DNA from: Kiritimatiellia bacterium | GTDB taxonomy: Bacteria > Verrucomicrobiota > Kiritimatiellia > RFP12 > UBA1067 | Direction of reading: 5' to 3' | Assembly: GCA_050949565.1 (NCBI GenBank) | Contig: JBMNFY010000017.1 | Span: forward strand, 288,001-352,000 | DNA length: 64,000 nt | Part shown: piece after piece, positions 49,109-59,245 of the stretch | Layout: every line of letters begins with the position of its first letter | Position numbering within the stretch: the stretch's first letter is position 1 | Notes under the pieces: model-generated | What the model was told of the DNA's origin: nothing | Database searches by the model: none | Seen by the model: only the letters and a program-made list of their open reading frames with translations | Made by a program: the position numbers and the translations under genes

Positions 49109-49741
49109 ATGAAGGGATTTTTCGCCGCGTTGCTCGTGTTACCGTGTTGGGTTTTGGCAGACGCTCCGCTGGGAACAGCGGCTCCGCAAGCGGCTGCCCA
49201 TCAGGAGCGTAAAACTATGCAGATTGTGATTGAGACTAGCCTTGGGACCGTGACGGCCGAGTTGTACCCCGACAAAGCGCCTGTGACGGTCAGTAACATG
49301 CTGGCCTACATCGACGCCAAGCATTACGACGCGACCATCTTTCACCGGGTGATCGACGGCTTCATGATCCAAGGCGGAGGCTTCACCCGGGACATGGTCC
49401 AGAAAAAGACCAACGCCCCCATCAAGAATGAAGCCGACAACGGCCTCCGCAACGAGCGCGGCACACTGGCCATGGCCCGTACGATGGTCGTGGACAGCGC
49501 CACCAGCCAGTTTTTTATTAACCTCACCGACAACAGCGGACATTTGAACTTCAAGGCCAAGACCGACGCAGGCTACGGATACTGCGTGTTTGGCAAGGTC
49601 ATTGAAGGCATGGACGTGGTGGACAAGATCGCGAAGACCCCGACCGGGAATTCGGGTCGACACCAGAACGTGCCGTTAGAGCCGGTGGTCATCACCAGTA
49701 TCCGGCGTAAAACCGAGGCCGCCGCGCCCGCCACCCCCTGA
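49109..49741 (+). CDS. periplasmic cyclophilin-type peptidyl-prolyl isomerase
   Basis: Signal peptide; FHRVIDGFMIQGGG, GTLAMART, SATSQFFIN, VFGKV. Confidence 0.93.
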   Translation: MKGFFAALLVLPCWVLADAPLGTAAPQAAAHQERKTMQIVIETSLGTVTAELYPDKAPVTVSNMLAYIDAKHYDATIFHRVIDGFMIQGGGFTRDMVQKKTNAPIKNEADNGLRNERGTLAMARTMVVDSATSQFFINLTDNSGHLNFKAKTDAGYGYCVFGKVIEGMDVVDKIAKTPTGNSGRHQNVPLEPVVITSIRRKTEAAAPATP

Positions 49742-49784
49742 AGCGAAGCAGCGGCGAGCCCACTGAATCCCCCCACCCCATTCC

Positions 49785-51611
49785 ATGTCAGCAAGCACGT
49801 ACGACGACAAACACATACAGACCCTCTCAGCGATTGAGCATATCCGCCAGCGTACCGGCATGTATATCGGTCGGACCGGCGATGGCAGCCAATACGAAGA
49901 CGGAATCTACATCCTCCTAAAGGAGGTCATCGACAACGCCGTAGACGAGTTCATCATGGGCTACGGCAAGCGGATCGAAATCTCCCTGAAGTACGACACC
50001 GGCGAGGTCGTTGTACGTGACTACGGCCGCGGCATCCCGCTGGGCAAGGTGGTGGAGTGCGTCTCGGAGATCAACACCGGTGCCAAGTTCAACGATGATG
50101 TCTTTCAGCTTTCTGTGGGCATGAACGGTGTCGGCACCAAGGCGGTGAACGCCCTCTCCACACAGTTCGAGGTGCGCGCCTTCCGCGACGGCGAATACTC
50201 GGAGGCCTTTTTCGAGCGCGGCGATCTTATTTCGCAGAAGCGCGGCAAATGCGCCTCGCCGCAGCGTAACGGCACCTATGTGCGCTTCATCCCCGATGCC
50301 AGCATCTTCAAAAAGTTCCAGTTCCGTGAGGAGCATGTGCTGCGCCGTTTACGCATGTACGCCTATCTCAATGCCGGACTCACTCTGGAGTTTAACAAGA
50401 CCAAGATCGTCTCCGAAAACGGTCTGCTGGATCTGATCCACGACGAAGTGCAGTTCGAGAAGCTGTACCAGCCCTTCCACTACCGCTCGAAGATGCTGGA
50501 ACTGGTCTTCACGCACACCAACCGTTTCAGTGAAGACTACTACTCGTTCGTCAACGGCCAATTCACTAATGATGGCGGTACGCATTTGTCGGCTTTCAAA
50601 GAGGGCCTACTCAAGGCGGTCAACGAGTTCAGTAAAAAGCGATTCGACGGCGACGACGTGCGCGAAGGCGTCGTCGGTGCGATCGCGATCCGGCTCAAAG
50701 ACCCGATCTTCGAATCGCAGACCAAGAACAGGCTGGGCAATCAGGAAATCCGCTCCGAGCTGGTGGCCGAAATCAAGCGCGTGATCGAAGAGATGCTGCA
50801 CCGCGAGCCGGACGAAGCCGCCAAGCTCATCAGCAAGGTCGAAGAGACCGGCAAGTTGCGCGCCGAACTCAACGCGGTCAAGAAGCTGGTGCGCGAGCGC
50901 TCGCGCACGGTCACTGTCCGTGTGCCGCAGCTCAAAGACTGCAAGCGCCATCTGCACAAGAAAAAAGGCACCGGGCTCGACACCATGATCTTCATCACCG
51001 AAGGCCAGTCGGCCGCGGGATCGATCGTGAGCTGCCGCGACGTCAACACGCAGGCGATCTTCACGCTCAGGGGCAAGCCGCTCAACGTGTGCGACGCCAA
51101 GCGCGACGCCCTGTACAAAAACGTCGAATTCTACAACCTGATGCAGAGCCTCGACATCGAAGAGACCGTCGATCGCCTGCGCTACCAGAAGGTGATCCTC
51201 GCCACCGACGCCGATGTCGACGGCCTGCACATCCGCAATCTGATGATCACCCTCTTCCTGCGTTTCTTTGACCGGGTCATCAAGGAAGGCCACCTCTACA
51301 TCCTGGAGACACCCCTCTTCCGCGTACGCAACAAGAAAGAAACCTTCTACTGCTACAGTGAGGATGAGCGCGTGGCGGCGATCGAAGCCTGCGGCCGCAA
51401 TCCGGAGATCACCCGCTTCAAAGGTCTGGGAGAAATTTCACCCGGCGAGTTCAAGGCGTTCATCGGCAAGAACATGCGGCTGACGCCGGTTGACAGTTCA
51501 CGCGACCGCAACCTCAAAGACACGGTCGATTTTTACATGGGGCGCAACACTCAGGAACGGCGCCAGTACATCATGGACAACCTGGTGATCACAGAGGAAT
51601 CGCTGTCGTGA
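49785..51611 (+). CDS. parE: DNA topoisomerase IV subunit B (type IIA B subunit)
   Basis: EVIDNAVDE, DYGRGIP, GMNGVG, TEGQSA, LRGKPLN, TDADVDG, RFKGLGE. Confidence 0.9.
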   Translation: MSASTYDDKHIQTLSAIEHIRQRTGMYIGRTGDGSQYEDGIYILLKEVIDNAVDEFIMGYGKRIEISLKYDTGEVVVRDYGRGIPLGKVVECVSEINTGAKFNDDVFQLSVGMNGVGTKAVNALSTQFEVRAFRDGEYSEAFFERGDLISQKRGKCASPQRNGTYVRFIPDASIFKKFQFREEHVLRRLRMYAYLNAGLTLEFNKTKIVSENGLLDLIHDEVQFEKLYQPFHYRSKMLELVFTHTNRFSEDYYSFVNGQFTNDGGTHLSAFKEGLLKAVNEFSKKRFDGDDVREGVVGAIAIRLKDPIFESQTKNRLGNQEIRSELVAEIKRVIEEMLHREPDEAAKLISKVEETGKLRAELNAVKKLVRERSRTVTVRVPQLKDCKRHLHKKKGTGLDTMIFITEGQSAAGSIVSCRDVNTQAIFTLRGKPLNVCDAKRDALYKNVEFYNLMQSLDIEETVDRLRYQKVILATDADVDGLHIRNLMITLFLRFFDRVIKEGHLYILETPLFRVRNKKETFYCYSEDERVAAIEACGRNPEITRFKGLGEISPGEFKAFIGKNMRLTPVDSSRDRNLKDTVDFYMGRNTQERRQYIMDNLVITEESLS

Positions 51612-53746
51612 GTAAGTCTCCCAAAAAACCGAAACGCCAAAAGAAGACGGATGCAGACGCCATCCAGCCCCCCAGCCTGTTTGACGACATGGATCTTTTC
51701 GATGCCATGCCGACCGCATCCACCGAAGAAGAGGCGGACGGCTCCGGACGGGGCGGCGATGCTTCGCCGCCCGCGTCCGATGCGCACGGCGGCGCGGGCC
51801 CGCTGCGTGACCTGATGGACGACAACTTCCTGCAGTTCGCTTCCTACACCATCTGCAACCGCGCCATCCCTACAGTGGAAGACGGACTCAAACCCGTGCA
51901 GCGCCGCATCATGCACAGCCTGTGGGAAAAAGACGATGGACGCTTCATCAAAGTCGCGAACGTGGTTGGCCACACGATGCAGTACCACCCGCATGGCGAT
52001 GCATCAATCGCGGACGCGATCGTCAATCTGACGAACAAGCGCTATCTCATCGAAGGCCAAGGGAACTACGGTAATATCTTCACCGGCGATCCTGCCGCCG
52101 CTTCGCGTTACATTGAGTGCCGTCTCACAGAGCTTGCGCGCAACGAACTCTTTAACCCCAAGCTGACCTCCTTTATCCCCAGCTACGACGGCCGGAACAA
52201 AGAGCCGATATTGCTGCCCTGCAAACTGCCGTTGCTGTTGATGCTCGGTGCCGAAGGCATCGCGGTGGGACTCTCCACCTCGATCATGCCGCACAACTTC
52301 ATTGAGTTGCTGGAGGCCCAAGTCGCGATCATCCAGAAAAAACCGTTCCAGGTCTTCCCGGATTTCCAAACCGGCGGCATTATGGATGTCTCGGAATATG
52401 CGGACGGCAACGGCCGCATCAAGCTCCGCGCCGTGATCGAGCACCGCCAGAACAACAAGCTCGTGATCACCGCGCTGCCGTCCGGACAAACCACTGAATC
52501 GCTGATTGCCAACATCGAAGACGCGATCAAGAAGAAAAAAGTGCCGGTCAAACAGATCAGCGACTACACGGCGGAAAAGGTTGAGATTGAGTTGACGCTC
52601 AACGCAGGTGTCACACAAGACAAGGCGATTAAAGCGTTGTACGCCTTCACCACCTGCGAATCTTCCCTGACCAGCCGACCGGTCGTCCTGTTCCGCGACC
52701 GGCCGCGCGAGATGTCGGTCAGCGAGATCCTGCACGCCTGCACCGAACAGCTTATGGACCTGCTGCTGCGCGAACTCGAGTTGCGGCGTGACGAATTAGA
52801 CAACCTCTTCCATAGCAAGACGCTGGAGCAGATCTTCATCGAAGAACGTATCTACAAGCGCATCGAGGAGCAGACCAGCTACGAAGCGGTGCAGCAGGCG
52901 GTGCTTGATGGATTCGTGCCATTCCTCGACCGCCTGCGCCGTGAGGTCACGCGTGACGATGTCGAAATGCTGCTGAAGATCCAGATCCGGCGCATCTCGC
53001 GATACGACATTGAACGCAACCGCCAAGAGATCGAGGGCATCCTGCGCGAAGAGGACGAGGTCGCCAAGAACATCAAAGGACTGCGCGCCTATGCCGTGCG
53101 TTACCTGAAAAACCTGATCAAGAAATACCAGCCCCTCTACCCGCGTTTGACCAAACTCGCTGAAGCCCCCTTCAAGCAGATCGAGGTGCGCGCGCTCACA
53201 GCCAGCGAATTGTCGCTCAAGTTTGACAGCGAAAACGGTTACATCGGCACCGACATCCGTAACGGAGAAGAACTCTTCAAGTGCTCATCGCTCGACAAGA
53301 TCATCGTAGTCTGGAACGACGGCCGGTACAAGATGATGCCGCCGCCCGACAAGCTGTTCGTCGACAAGAAGGGCGCGACCTACTGTCAGATTTTCGACCG
53401 TGACAAAACGTTCACCTGCGTCTACACCGAACCGCAATACGGTTTCACCTACATCAAGCGCTTCGCGTTCGGCGGCGCCATCCAGAACAAGGAGTATTGG
53501 CTTGTGCCAGAAGGCAGCAAGATCATCCTGTTCGAGGAAGGCGTGCCGGATGCCGTGTTCGTGAAATACAAGCCGGCGAAGTCACAACGCATCCACCAGC
53601 AGATGTTCACACCCTCTGAAGTTCTGCTGAAGGGCGTCCGCGCGAGGGGCATCCAGATGACCTCTAAGGACATCGCCCGGATCACCACCAAAAAGCCCAG
53701 TTGGTGGGACGATAACGACACACCTCCCAGGGGCGTGCTCACTTGA
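51608..53746 (+). CDS. parC: DNA topoisomerase IV subunit A
   Basis: RAIP..EDGLKPVQRRI, YHPHGDAS, catalytic AASRYIE, GIAVG; short C-terminal domain; overlaps the parE stop. Confidence 0.88.
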   Translation: MSKSPKKPKRQKKTDADAIQPPSLFDDMDLFDAMPTASTEEEADGSGRGGDASPPASDAHGGAGPLRDLMDDNFLQFASYTICNRAIPTVEDGLKPVQRRIMHSLWEKDDGRFIKVANVVGHTMQYHPHGDASIADAIVNLTNKRYLIEGQGNYGNIFTGDPAAASRYIECRLTELARNELFNPKLTSFIPSYDGRNKEPILLPCKLPLLLMLGAEGIAVGLSTSIMPHNFIELLEAQVAIIQKKPFQVFPDFQTGGIMDVSEYADGNGRIKLRAVIEHRQNNKLVITALPSGQTTESLIANIEDAIKKKKVPVKQISDYTAEKVEIELTLNAGVTQDKAIKALYAFTTCESSLTSRPVVLFRDRPREMSVSEILHACTEQLMDLLLRELELRRDELDNLFHSKTLEQIFIEERIYKRIEEQTSYEAVQQAVLDGFVPFLDRLRREVTRDDVEMLLKIQIRRISRYDIERNRQEIEGILREEDEVAKNIKGLRAYAVRYLKNLIKKYQPLYPRLTKLAEAPFKQIEVRALTASELSLKFDSENGYIGTDIRNGEELFKCSSLDKIIVVWNDGRYKMMPPPDKLFVDKKGATYCQIFDRDKTFTCVYTEPQYGFTYIKRFAFGGAIQNKEYWLVPEGSKIILFEEGVPDAVFVKYKPAKSQRIHQQMFTPSEVLLKGVRARGIQMTSKDIARITTKKPSWWDDNDTPPRGVLT

Positions 53747-53781
53747 TGGCGTATAGCGCCATAGTGGGAGTAAGAAGTAAT

Positions 53782-54064
53782 CCTAAAAAGAGCAGTTGAA
53801 CCTTCAACTCTCTTTGGTTTCTAGTTTCAAGGTTTCATGGTTTCATCCAAATCGGGATCGGGATCGCTATCGGGATCGATTGTTTAACCACGGAACACGC
53901 CGAACACACGGAAAGGCATGGCTCTTTTTCCGTGTGTTTAGTGTGTTCCGTGGTTCCAATCAGAAATTGCGTTCTGCACCAAATAGGTGCGGCGCGGATC
54001 TCAACGGAAACCAATGTTTACGGGGCTTTGCTCAAAATCTGCATGCTCAACTGCTCTTTTTAGG
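53782..54064. mobile_element. 283-bp MITE-like element with perfect 18-bp terminal inverted repeats
   Basis: CCTAAAAAGAGCAGTTGA (53782-53799) and TCAACTGCTCTTTTTAGG (54047-54064). The same left end occurs at 31239-31256. Confidence 0.8.
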
Positions 54065-54142
54065 CTTAGTCGTTTCACACCTTGCCTACAACTTGGACAT
54101 CAAGACAGGGGCACGGGTTTTCCAATGCTAAATAAAAGAAAA

Positions 54143-54424
54143 AACGCTCAACTCTCAACGTTCAACTTTCAACTCTCAAGTGGCTCGGCTCGCGGGGACC
54201 GCCCACCAGCCGTCGCGTCTTCGCGTGACACAACAGAGCAGGGCTTTTACACTCATCTTAGCGACCACTGGGTGGTCGCAATAAGAGTGGTTGACTCGCG
54301 ACCCGCGACGTGCGACTTGCGGCCAGCCCAGCCCCTAAAAAAACCTTTGTGACCTTCGTGCCTTCGTGTGAGAAAAACCGAGCACTGCCATCCCAAAACC
54401 TCTGCGTCTCCGCGTCTCTGCGTT
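54143..54424. repeat. patchwork of short tandem modules and hairpins
   Basis: 7-mers (AACTCTC/AACGTTC), GCGACCAC-TGG-GTGGTCGC hairpin, 7-mers (GCGACnY), CTTYGTG modules, 8-mers (CTCYGCGT). Confidence 0.8.
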
Positions 54425-54444
54425 AAAAATTCCGGGCGCGGCCT

Positions 54445-55521
54445 TTACTTCCGCGCGGACGCATTAGGCGCGGGCACGGGGAGCACATAGACGGTGGTGT
54501 TGGGATGGGTTCCGGAATAATAAGCGAGGAAGTGCGTGTTGCCGATCACGGTGACATTGACGTTACCTGTGTCCCAAGGGCTCTCGCTGCCTCTCCCGAC
54601 GATCTCGGGCTCGGCCCATGCGGTCGGCTTGGACCACACCTCTGCCAGCGCATTAACGCGGCGCTTCACCAGACCCTTGCCGCGCTCGAAGTAGTAGTTG
54701 CTCACAAGTCCGGACTGCGCGTCGTAGACCAGTGACGGCGTCGAACACAAGATATCGCCGATGTTGGTACGCTCACGCTTCCACGTCACACCCGAATCGA
54801 CCGACGTCAACTGGAACTGCAAGCCGCCGGAAGAACCCGAGACCTCTGTGCGGGCCAGAGCAAATATCTTACCGTCGCCGACATACACAGCGGACTGTTC
54901 GGTGGGCCAATCGGCCTTTGAAAGCTCCTTCTCGATGGTCGTCTGCTTCCATGTGAGGCCATTGTCCGTGCTGACAAGCGTGCCCCAAGAGTGACTGCGA
55001 TCATCCTTGTAGTTTCCGGCAAACCAAAGCGACATCATCCCCTTGCCCGGAACGTGAAAGACATCGGTTATCTGCATGGGCAACGGCGAAAGCGACGGCG
55101 TTGATATCTTCTCGAACGTCATGCCGTCCTTCGTGCGATAAAGGTCATGATGGTTCTTGGGGCCGCCGAAGCAGCGCACCCAGAGCAACATGGCGCCATT
55201 TTCGTCAAGCCCCTTGCCGATGGTCACTTCGCCGTAATTCGGTTCATTGGCCACGCAAACCTCGTTGGACCACGTTTTTCCGCCATCGTCCGACGCTCGC
55301 GCGAAAACACCTCTCACGCCTTCGACGATATTATGGCTGGTACCACGGCTATAGGTACACACAAGCCGCTGCCCGATCGCCTGCATCATCGGCCAAGAGT
55401 TGTAGCCCTTGCAGTCCTGCACCGTATACGGCGTAAACTTAGCCTCAGTCGCCCCCACCCCCAAGACCGCCACAACCGCTGTGACAGCCGCCATCGTCGT
55501 CATTGTATTCGTCCGATTCAT
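54445..55521 (-). CDS. secreted sialidase/BNR-repeat protein
   Basis: Signal peptide; Asp-boxes SDDGGKTW, TKDGMTF, STDNGLTW, SVDSGVTW. Confidence 0.8.
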   Translation of the reverse strand: MNRTNTMTTMAAVTAVVAVLGVGATEAKFTPYTVQDCKGYNSWPMMQAIGQRLVCTYSRGTSHNIVEGVRGVFARASDDGGKTWSNEVCVANEPNYGEVTIGKGLDENGAMLLWVRCFGGPKNHHDLYRTKDGMTFEKISTPSLSPLPMQITDVFHVPGKGMMSLWFAGNYKDDRSHSWGTLVSTDNGLTWKQTTIEKELSKADWPTEQSAVYVGDGKIFALARTEVSGSSGGLQFQLTSVDSGVTWKRERTNIGDILCSTPSLVYDAQSGLVSNYYFERGKGLVKRRVNALAEVWSKPTAWAEPEIVGRGSESPWDTGNVNVTVIGNTHFLAYYSGTHPNTTVYVLPVPAPNASARK

Positions 55522-55525
55522 CGTC

Positions 55526-57886
55526 TTACCTCAAGATAATGCTCGTGCCCGTAGGCATCGAACGCATGAATGAAGAAACCGGCAGGACGCCATCAGTTAT
55601 TCTGACCTCGTCTATGTAGCCGGTGAAATTGTTGTCGGCACCGATCGTAAATGCACAAGCATCGTCATCAGGATACTTAATGATCCCGGTAAATTGCTGG
55701 CTGCCGTGACTGACATAATCGCGATAAAGCCTGAGTTCCGTCTTGGTGAGCCCGGAAACGTTTATCTTCTCAACCGTTATCGCATAATGGTGCCAACGCC
55801 CGTCGTCGATATCGTCAGGAAAAGCGGTCCATGTTGTGATGTATTTCTGCTGCGACGCTTCACACGCCTCAAAATCAAGCGCCTTCTTGCTGGTCGGACG
55901 GACATAGACCCTCCACGTGGGGGCGGGATCGTGACCCTCGAAAGAAGTTGTGGTCTGACTCAGACGCAACAGACCGGTATTCGTTGCGCACGCCGAAAGA
56001 TTCATGAACCACTCAATCGTGAAACTGGTCTTGCCGTGTAGGCTCGTGAAATGCGGATACCGGACCTGACTCGCATCCATGTAGAGTGACTTCACGTTTT
56101 GTTTCGTAACAAGTTCCGCCTCGCCGTCCAGCGCCACCTTCGGTCTGACAACACTACTGAAGGCGGGCACATTTCCTTCGTCCTCAGCAGTGACTCGGGC
56201 GAATCCCGCGCCAGCGGGATTGAGAGACGGATAAGGTTCGACCATATAATCGCTGTTGTCAAATGTGAGGTGGACCAATACCCCAGGCGCTCCCGCCGGA
56301 TCTGCGAGCATGAATTCCTCAGGCCCCAGCGCGCGCCGGGTGATGCGCAACTCGTCTATCCAGCCGGGAAAATATTGACGGTGCCCTGCAATGTTCTGCA
56401 CGCCCGCAGATGGGTAGACCGCGCCCGTAGTGCCGAGCGTCACGCTACGGCTGCCTTGAAGCGCGTAATCCACATAGAGTCGCGTCTTGGCGGCGTCGAT
56501 GTCATAGACGAAGGCGAGGTGGTGCCAAGTACCGTCATCCACACGGTTCTTGCTCTTGATATCAAGTACGGTGCTGTAATCGCCATAGGTTTGGAAGCCG
56601 CGCCCGAGAATCTTGCCGTCGTCACCGAGGCCGACCTTGACACACGGCGAATAGAAAAACGTCCAGGTTTCGCCATCGATCGGTCCCGGAGCTTTGAAAA
56701 AGCACTCCATGGTGAAACTCGCCTTTTCAAACTCCGAATTCGGAGCCATGATCTTGACACCGCTCCCAGATCCGGTTTCGTTGCGCACGGAATGCGTGGA
56801 CCCCGCATTTGCAACGACACCCGCGGCATCGTTGATACCGAAACGGAACGCGTCTCCGGCTTTGTTGATGGCATCCAGAACCGCCGGCGGAGAGTTCGTC
56901 TCACTCATCGGATTGGTTATTCGCGTAAACGCCCCCGTGGCGGTGTTCACGTTGACGAGCGAGCCGAACCGGTAATTGAACCCGAACATGTCGGGACAGA
57001 AAAGAATCGTATCATCCGGCGTCACGCGCGGCGGAACCCTGACCTGAAGGAACTCGCTGCTCCCGATCGCGGTGTCGTTGATTCTCACTTCCAGAATGTC
57101 GCCGGGAAATGTACGCTCGGCAACATGGGTGTTCGCGCCGATCATAAGCGGCTTGTTGGGCACTTGATCCAAGGCTCCGAGCCCAGACAGGCTATGAACG
57201 AGTTGATAGTCGAGATAGAGCCTTCCCGTACCTTCGGCATCCAAGGTAAACGCGGCATGGTGCCAGACATCAGGCGTGACTAAGGGTCCCGACCCGCCGC
57301 CGACTACCCTCGATGTGCCCCCAGCGTTGAACCGGCAGGCGAGTTTGCCGCTCCACCCGATCCCCAGCATGACCAATTCCTTGTAGCCATCGTTGTTTAC
57401 TCCCGGCAGATAGACGATCGGCGCCATCGACCAGTCTGTCAAGGCACCGGCGGACGTCCTGAAGATCGCCTCGACGGTCACGTTGGTCAATCCAAGATTC
57501 GAGGGGTTGGACGTATCCGTTCGGAGCATCGCCCCGTTGGCGCTTTTGGTACCCGGCGGGATTTCCGTCAGGCCGAAGTGCATGGCGTTCAGCCGTTCGC
57601 CCCCTTCCTGCGTGACGGGATCGTAAACCCAGATCCCCGACGGCATGCCTACAGTTCCGGAAGGCATATATTCGGGGACCACTCCACGATTGATGCCGAC
57701 CAACGAGTGGCAGTGCATTTGATACATGCCGGGATTGGCGATGTTGTCGATCACCGTACTGAGCGTCGACGTCACACCGATGTCCAACACATCCAACTGG
57801 TACCACAACACCGTCTCAGCCTCTGCGCTCGCTACAAGAAAGGCCGCCACACCTGTCGTAAACACCCAACGCTGCCATGTCTTCAT
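55526..57886 (-). CDS. secreted protein with three LamG-like jelly-roll domains
   Basis: Three repeats of T.E.(F)...D..WHH.A...LY.DY...F.G.I.E.RI; ends PTGTSIILR. Confidence 0.8.
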   Translation of the reverse strand: MKTWQRWVFTTGVAAFLVASAEAETVLWYQLDVLDIGVTSTLSTVIDNIANPGMYQMHCHSLVGINRGVVPEYMPSGTVGMPSGIWVYDPVTQEGGERLNAMHFGLTEIPPGTKSANGAMLRTDTSNPSNLGLTNVTVEAIFRTSAGALTDWSMAPIVYLPGVNNDGYKELVMLGIGWSGKLACRFNAGGTSRVVGGGSGPLVTPDVWHHAAFTLDAEGTGRLYLDYQLVHSLSGLGALDQVPNKPLMIGANTHVAERTFPGDILEVRINDTAIGSSEFLQVRVPPRVTPDDTILFCPDMFGFNYRFGSLVNVNTATGAFTRITNPMSETNSPPAVLDAINKAGDAFRFGINDAAGVVANAGSTHSVRNETGSGSGVKIMAPNSEFEKASFTMECFFKAPGPIDGETWTFFYSPCVKVGLGDDGKILGRGFQTYGDYSTVLDIKSKNRVDDGTWHHLAFVYDIDAAKTRLYVDYALQGSRSVTLGTTGAVYPSAGVQNIAGHRQYFPGWIDELRITRRALGPEEFMLADPAGAPGVLVHLTFDNSDYMVEPYPSLNPAGAGFARVTAEDEGNVPAFSSVVRPKVALDGEAELVTKQNVKSLYMDASQVRYPHFTSLHGKTSFTIEWFMNLSACATNTGLLRLSQTTTSFEGHDPAPTWRVYVRPTSKKALDFEACEASQQKYITTWTAFPDDIDDGRWHHYAITVEKINVSGLTKTELRLYRDYVSHGSQQFTGIIKYPDDDACAFTIGADNNFTGYIDEVRITDGVLPVSSFMRSMPTGTSIILR

Positions 57887-58045
57887 AGCTGTCTCCTTTG
57901 TTTCCCCGGTCAATCAAAGCTTTGCGGTTGTCTAATAGCGTACCAGATGTGCGCCACCTACAATCATACTTTTGCGAAACAATTATTCATGCTTTTGCGC
58001 ATTCTTCTTGCGTTTCAATGTTCCGCCGTATATCCTTGCGCCATC

Positions 58046-59191
58046 ATGAAAACGGTCATTGTCTTCAGAACCACCGGCCTGAAGTGCTGGCAGCACAAAC
58101 TCGAGGGGATGCACTGGTTCGCCGATGCGCACGGGTGGCGACTGCAAGTGATCGACGGCAACCTCTCCGCCACCCAGACGGCGAACCTGCTGGATTTCTG
58201 GGAAGCGGTAGGTTGCATCATGGAGGCGGACGGCGGCTGCACGAAATTGCGGCCCAGACACTTCCGCCACACACCGGTTGTCTTTCTCGACCACTCACCC
58301 GATATCACCAAAGAAGGTGCGTCCGTTGTCCGCCACGACTCCGCACAAATCGCGCGCGTCGCGGCAAAGGAATTACTGCGACTCGATTTTCACGACTACG
58401 CCCTCGTCGGGTGGTTCTCCCACACCTACTGGACGCTCGACAAACTCGAAGCCTTCAAGTCGGTGCTCGAACTGCACGGCAAGCGCGTGCATGTTTTCGA
58501 GCCTGAAGCCGGCGATCGCGGCGGCACCACCGCGCTTCAAAGGCGCCTTCGGTCCTGGCTACGAAGACTACCCAAACCGTGCGGCGTGTTCGGCGTGAAC
58601 GACTATATCGCCGAACGTGCCCTCTCCGCCGCCGTCGCCCTGGGATACGCGGTTCCCGAAGATCTGGCCTTCGTCGGTGCCGACAATGACGAACTCATTT
58701 GCGAAACGACCCGGCCTTCGATGACCAGCGTTTTGCCGGATTTTAAGACCACGGGGTACATGGCCGCCGAACTGCTCGCCAGAAAGATCGACGATCCCGA
58801 CTCACCGGCGGTCCTGCGCGTTGTTCCTCCGCTCGGAATTGTGCGACGCCAGTCCACACGGCTTTTCAAACGGTCGGACGCATGCGTTCAAGCGGCCATG
58901 GAACTGATCCGGCGCAAAGCCGCAGATGGGATAAAGGCGAGGGACGTTCTTGCAACCTTCCCCTGTTCACGGCGGCAGGCGGAAATCCGGTTCCGCTCCC
59001 TGACTGGACGCAGCGTACTGGAGGAAATACAGGAAGTACGTTTCACCCGCGCGATGGATCTTCTCAAAAGCCCGAACGTCGCCATCGGCGCGATCGCCGG
59101 GCGTTCCGGATGGCCTTCGGAACTCGTACTGGAACGCTATGTTAAGAAAAGAACCGGCAAAACATTGTCGGAAATCAGGCGCACGCAATGA
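58046..59191 (+). CDS. XylR-type regulator (periplasmic-binding-like domain + AraC HTH)
   Basis: LPKPCGVF..ND, VPEDLA.VGADND...C....P..TSV, VRRQST and a C-terminal AraC HTH. Confidence 0.88.
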   Translation: MKTVIVFRTTGLKCWQHKLEGMHWFADAHGWRLQVIDGNLSATQTANLLDFWEAVGCIMEADGGCTKLRPRHFRHTPVVFLDHSPDITKEGASVVRHDSAQIARVAAKELLRLDFHDYALVGWFSHTYWTLDKLEAFKSVLELHGKRVHVFEPEAGDRGGTTALQRRLRSWLRRLPKPCGVFGVNDYIAERALSAAVALGYAVPEDLAFVGADNDELICETTRPSMTSVLPDFKTTGYMAAELLARKIDDPDSPAVLRVVPPLGIVRRQSTRLFKRSDACVQAAMELIRRKAADGIKARDVLATFPCSRRQAEIRFRSLTGRSVLEEIQEVRFTRAMDLLKSPNVAIGAIAGRSGWPSELVLERYVKKRTGKTLSEIRRTQ

Positions 59192-59245
59192 AATTTGTAC
59201 CACTTATTACATCTTACCCATTGCTTCTTACTTCCGCCCTGCCTG

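Noticed and set aside
49785-53746. Calling the topoisomerase pair gyrB/gyrA
   Set aside because: No GyrA-box was recognised and the A-subunit C-terminal domain is short; Topo IV-like is more likely, though a phylogeny is needed.
53796-54352. ORFs 53796-54131 and 53987-54352 (also 31329-31586)
   Set aside because: Translations of tandem repeats (RDRDRYRDR, QLSTFNFQLS) with no RBS or domain.
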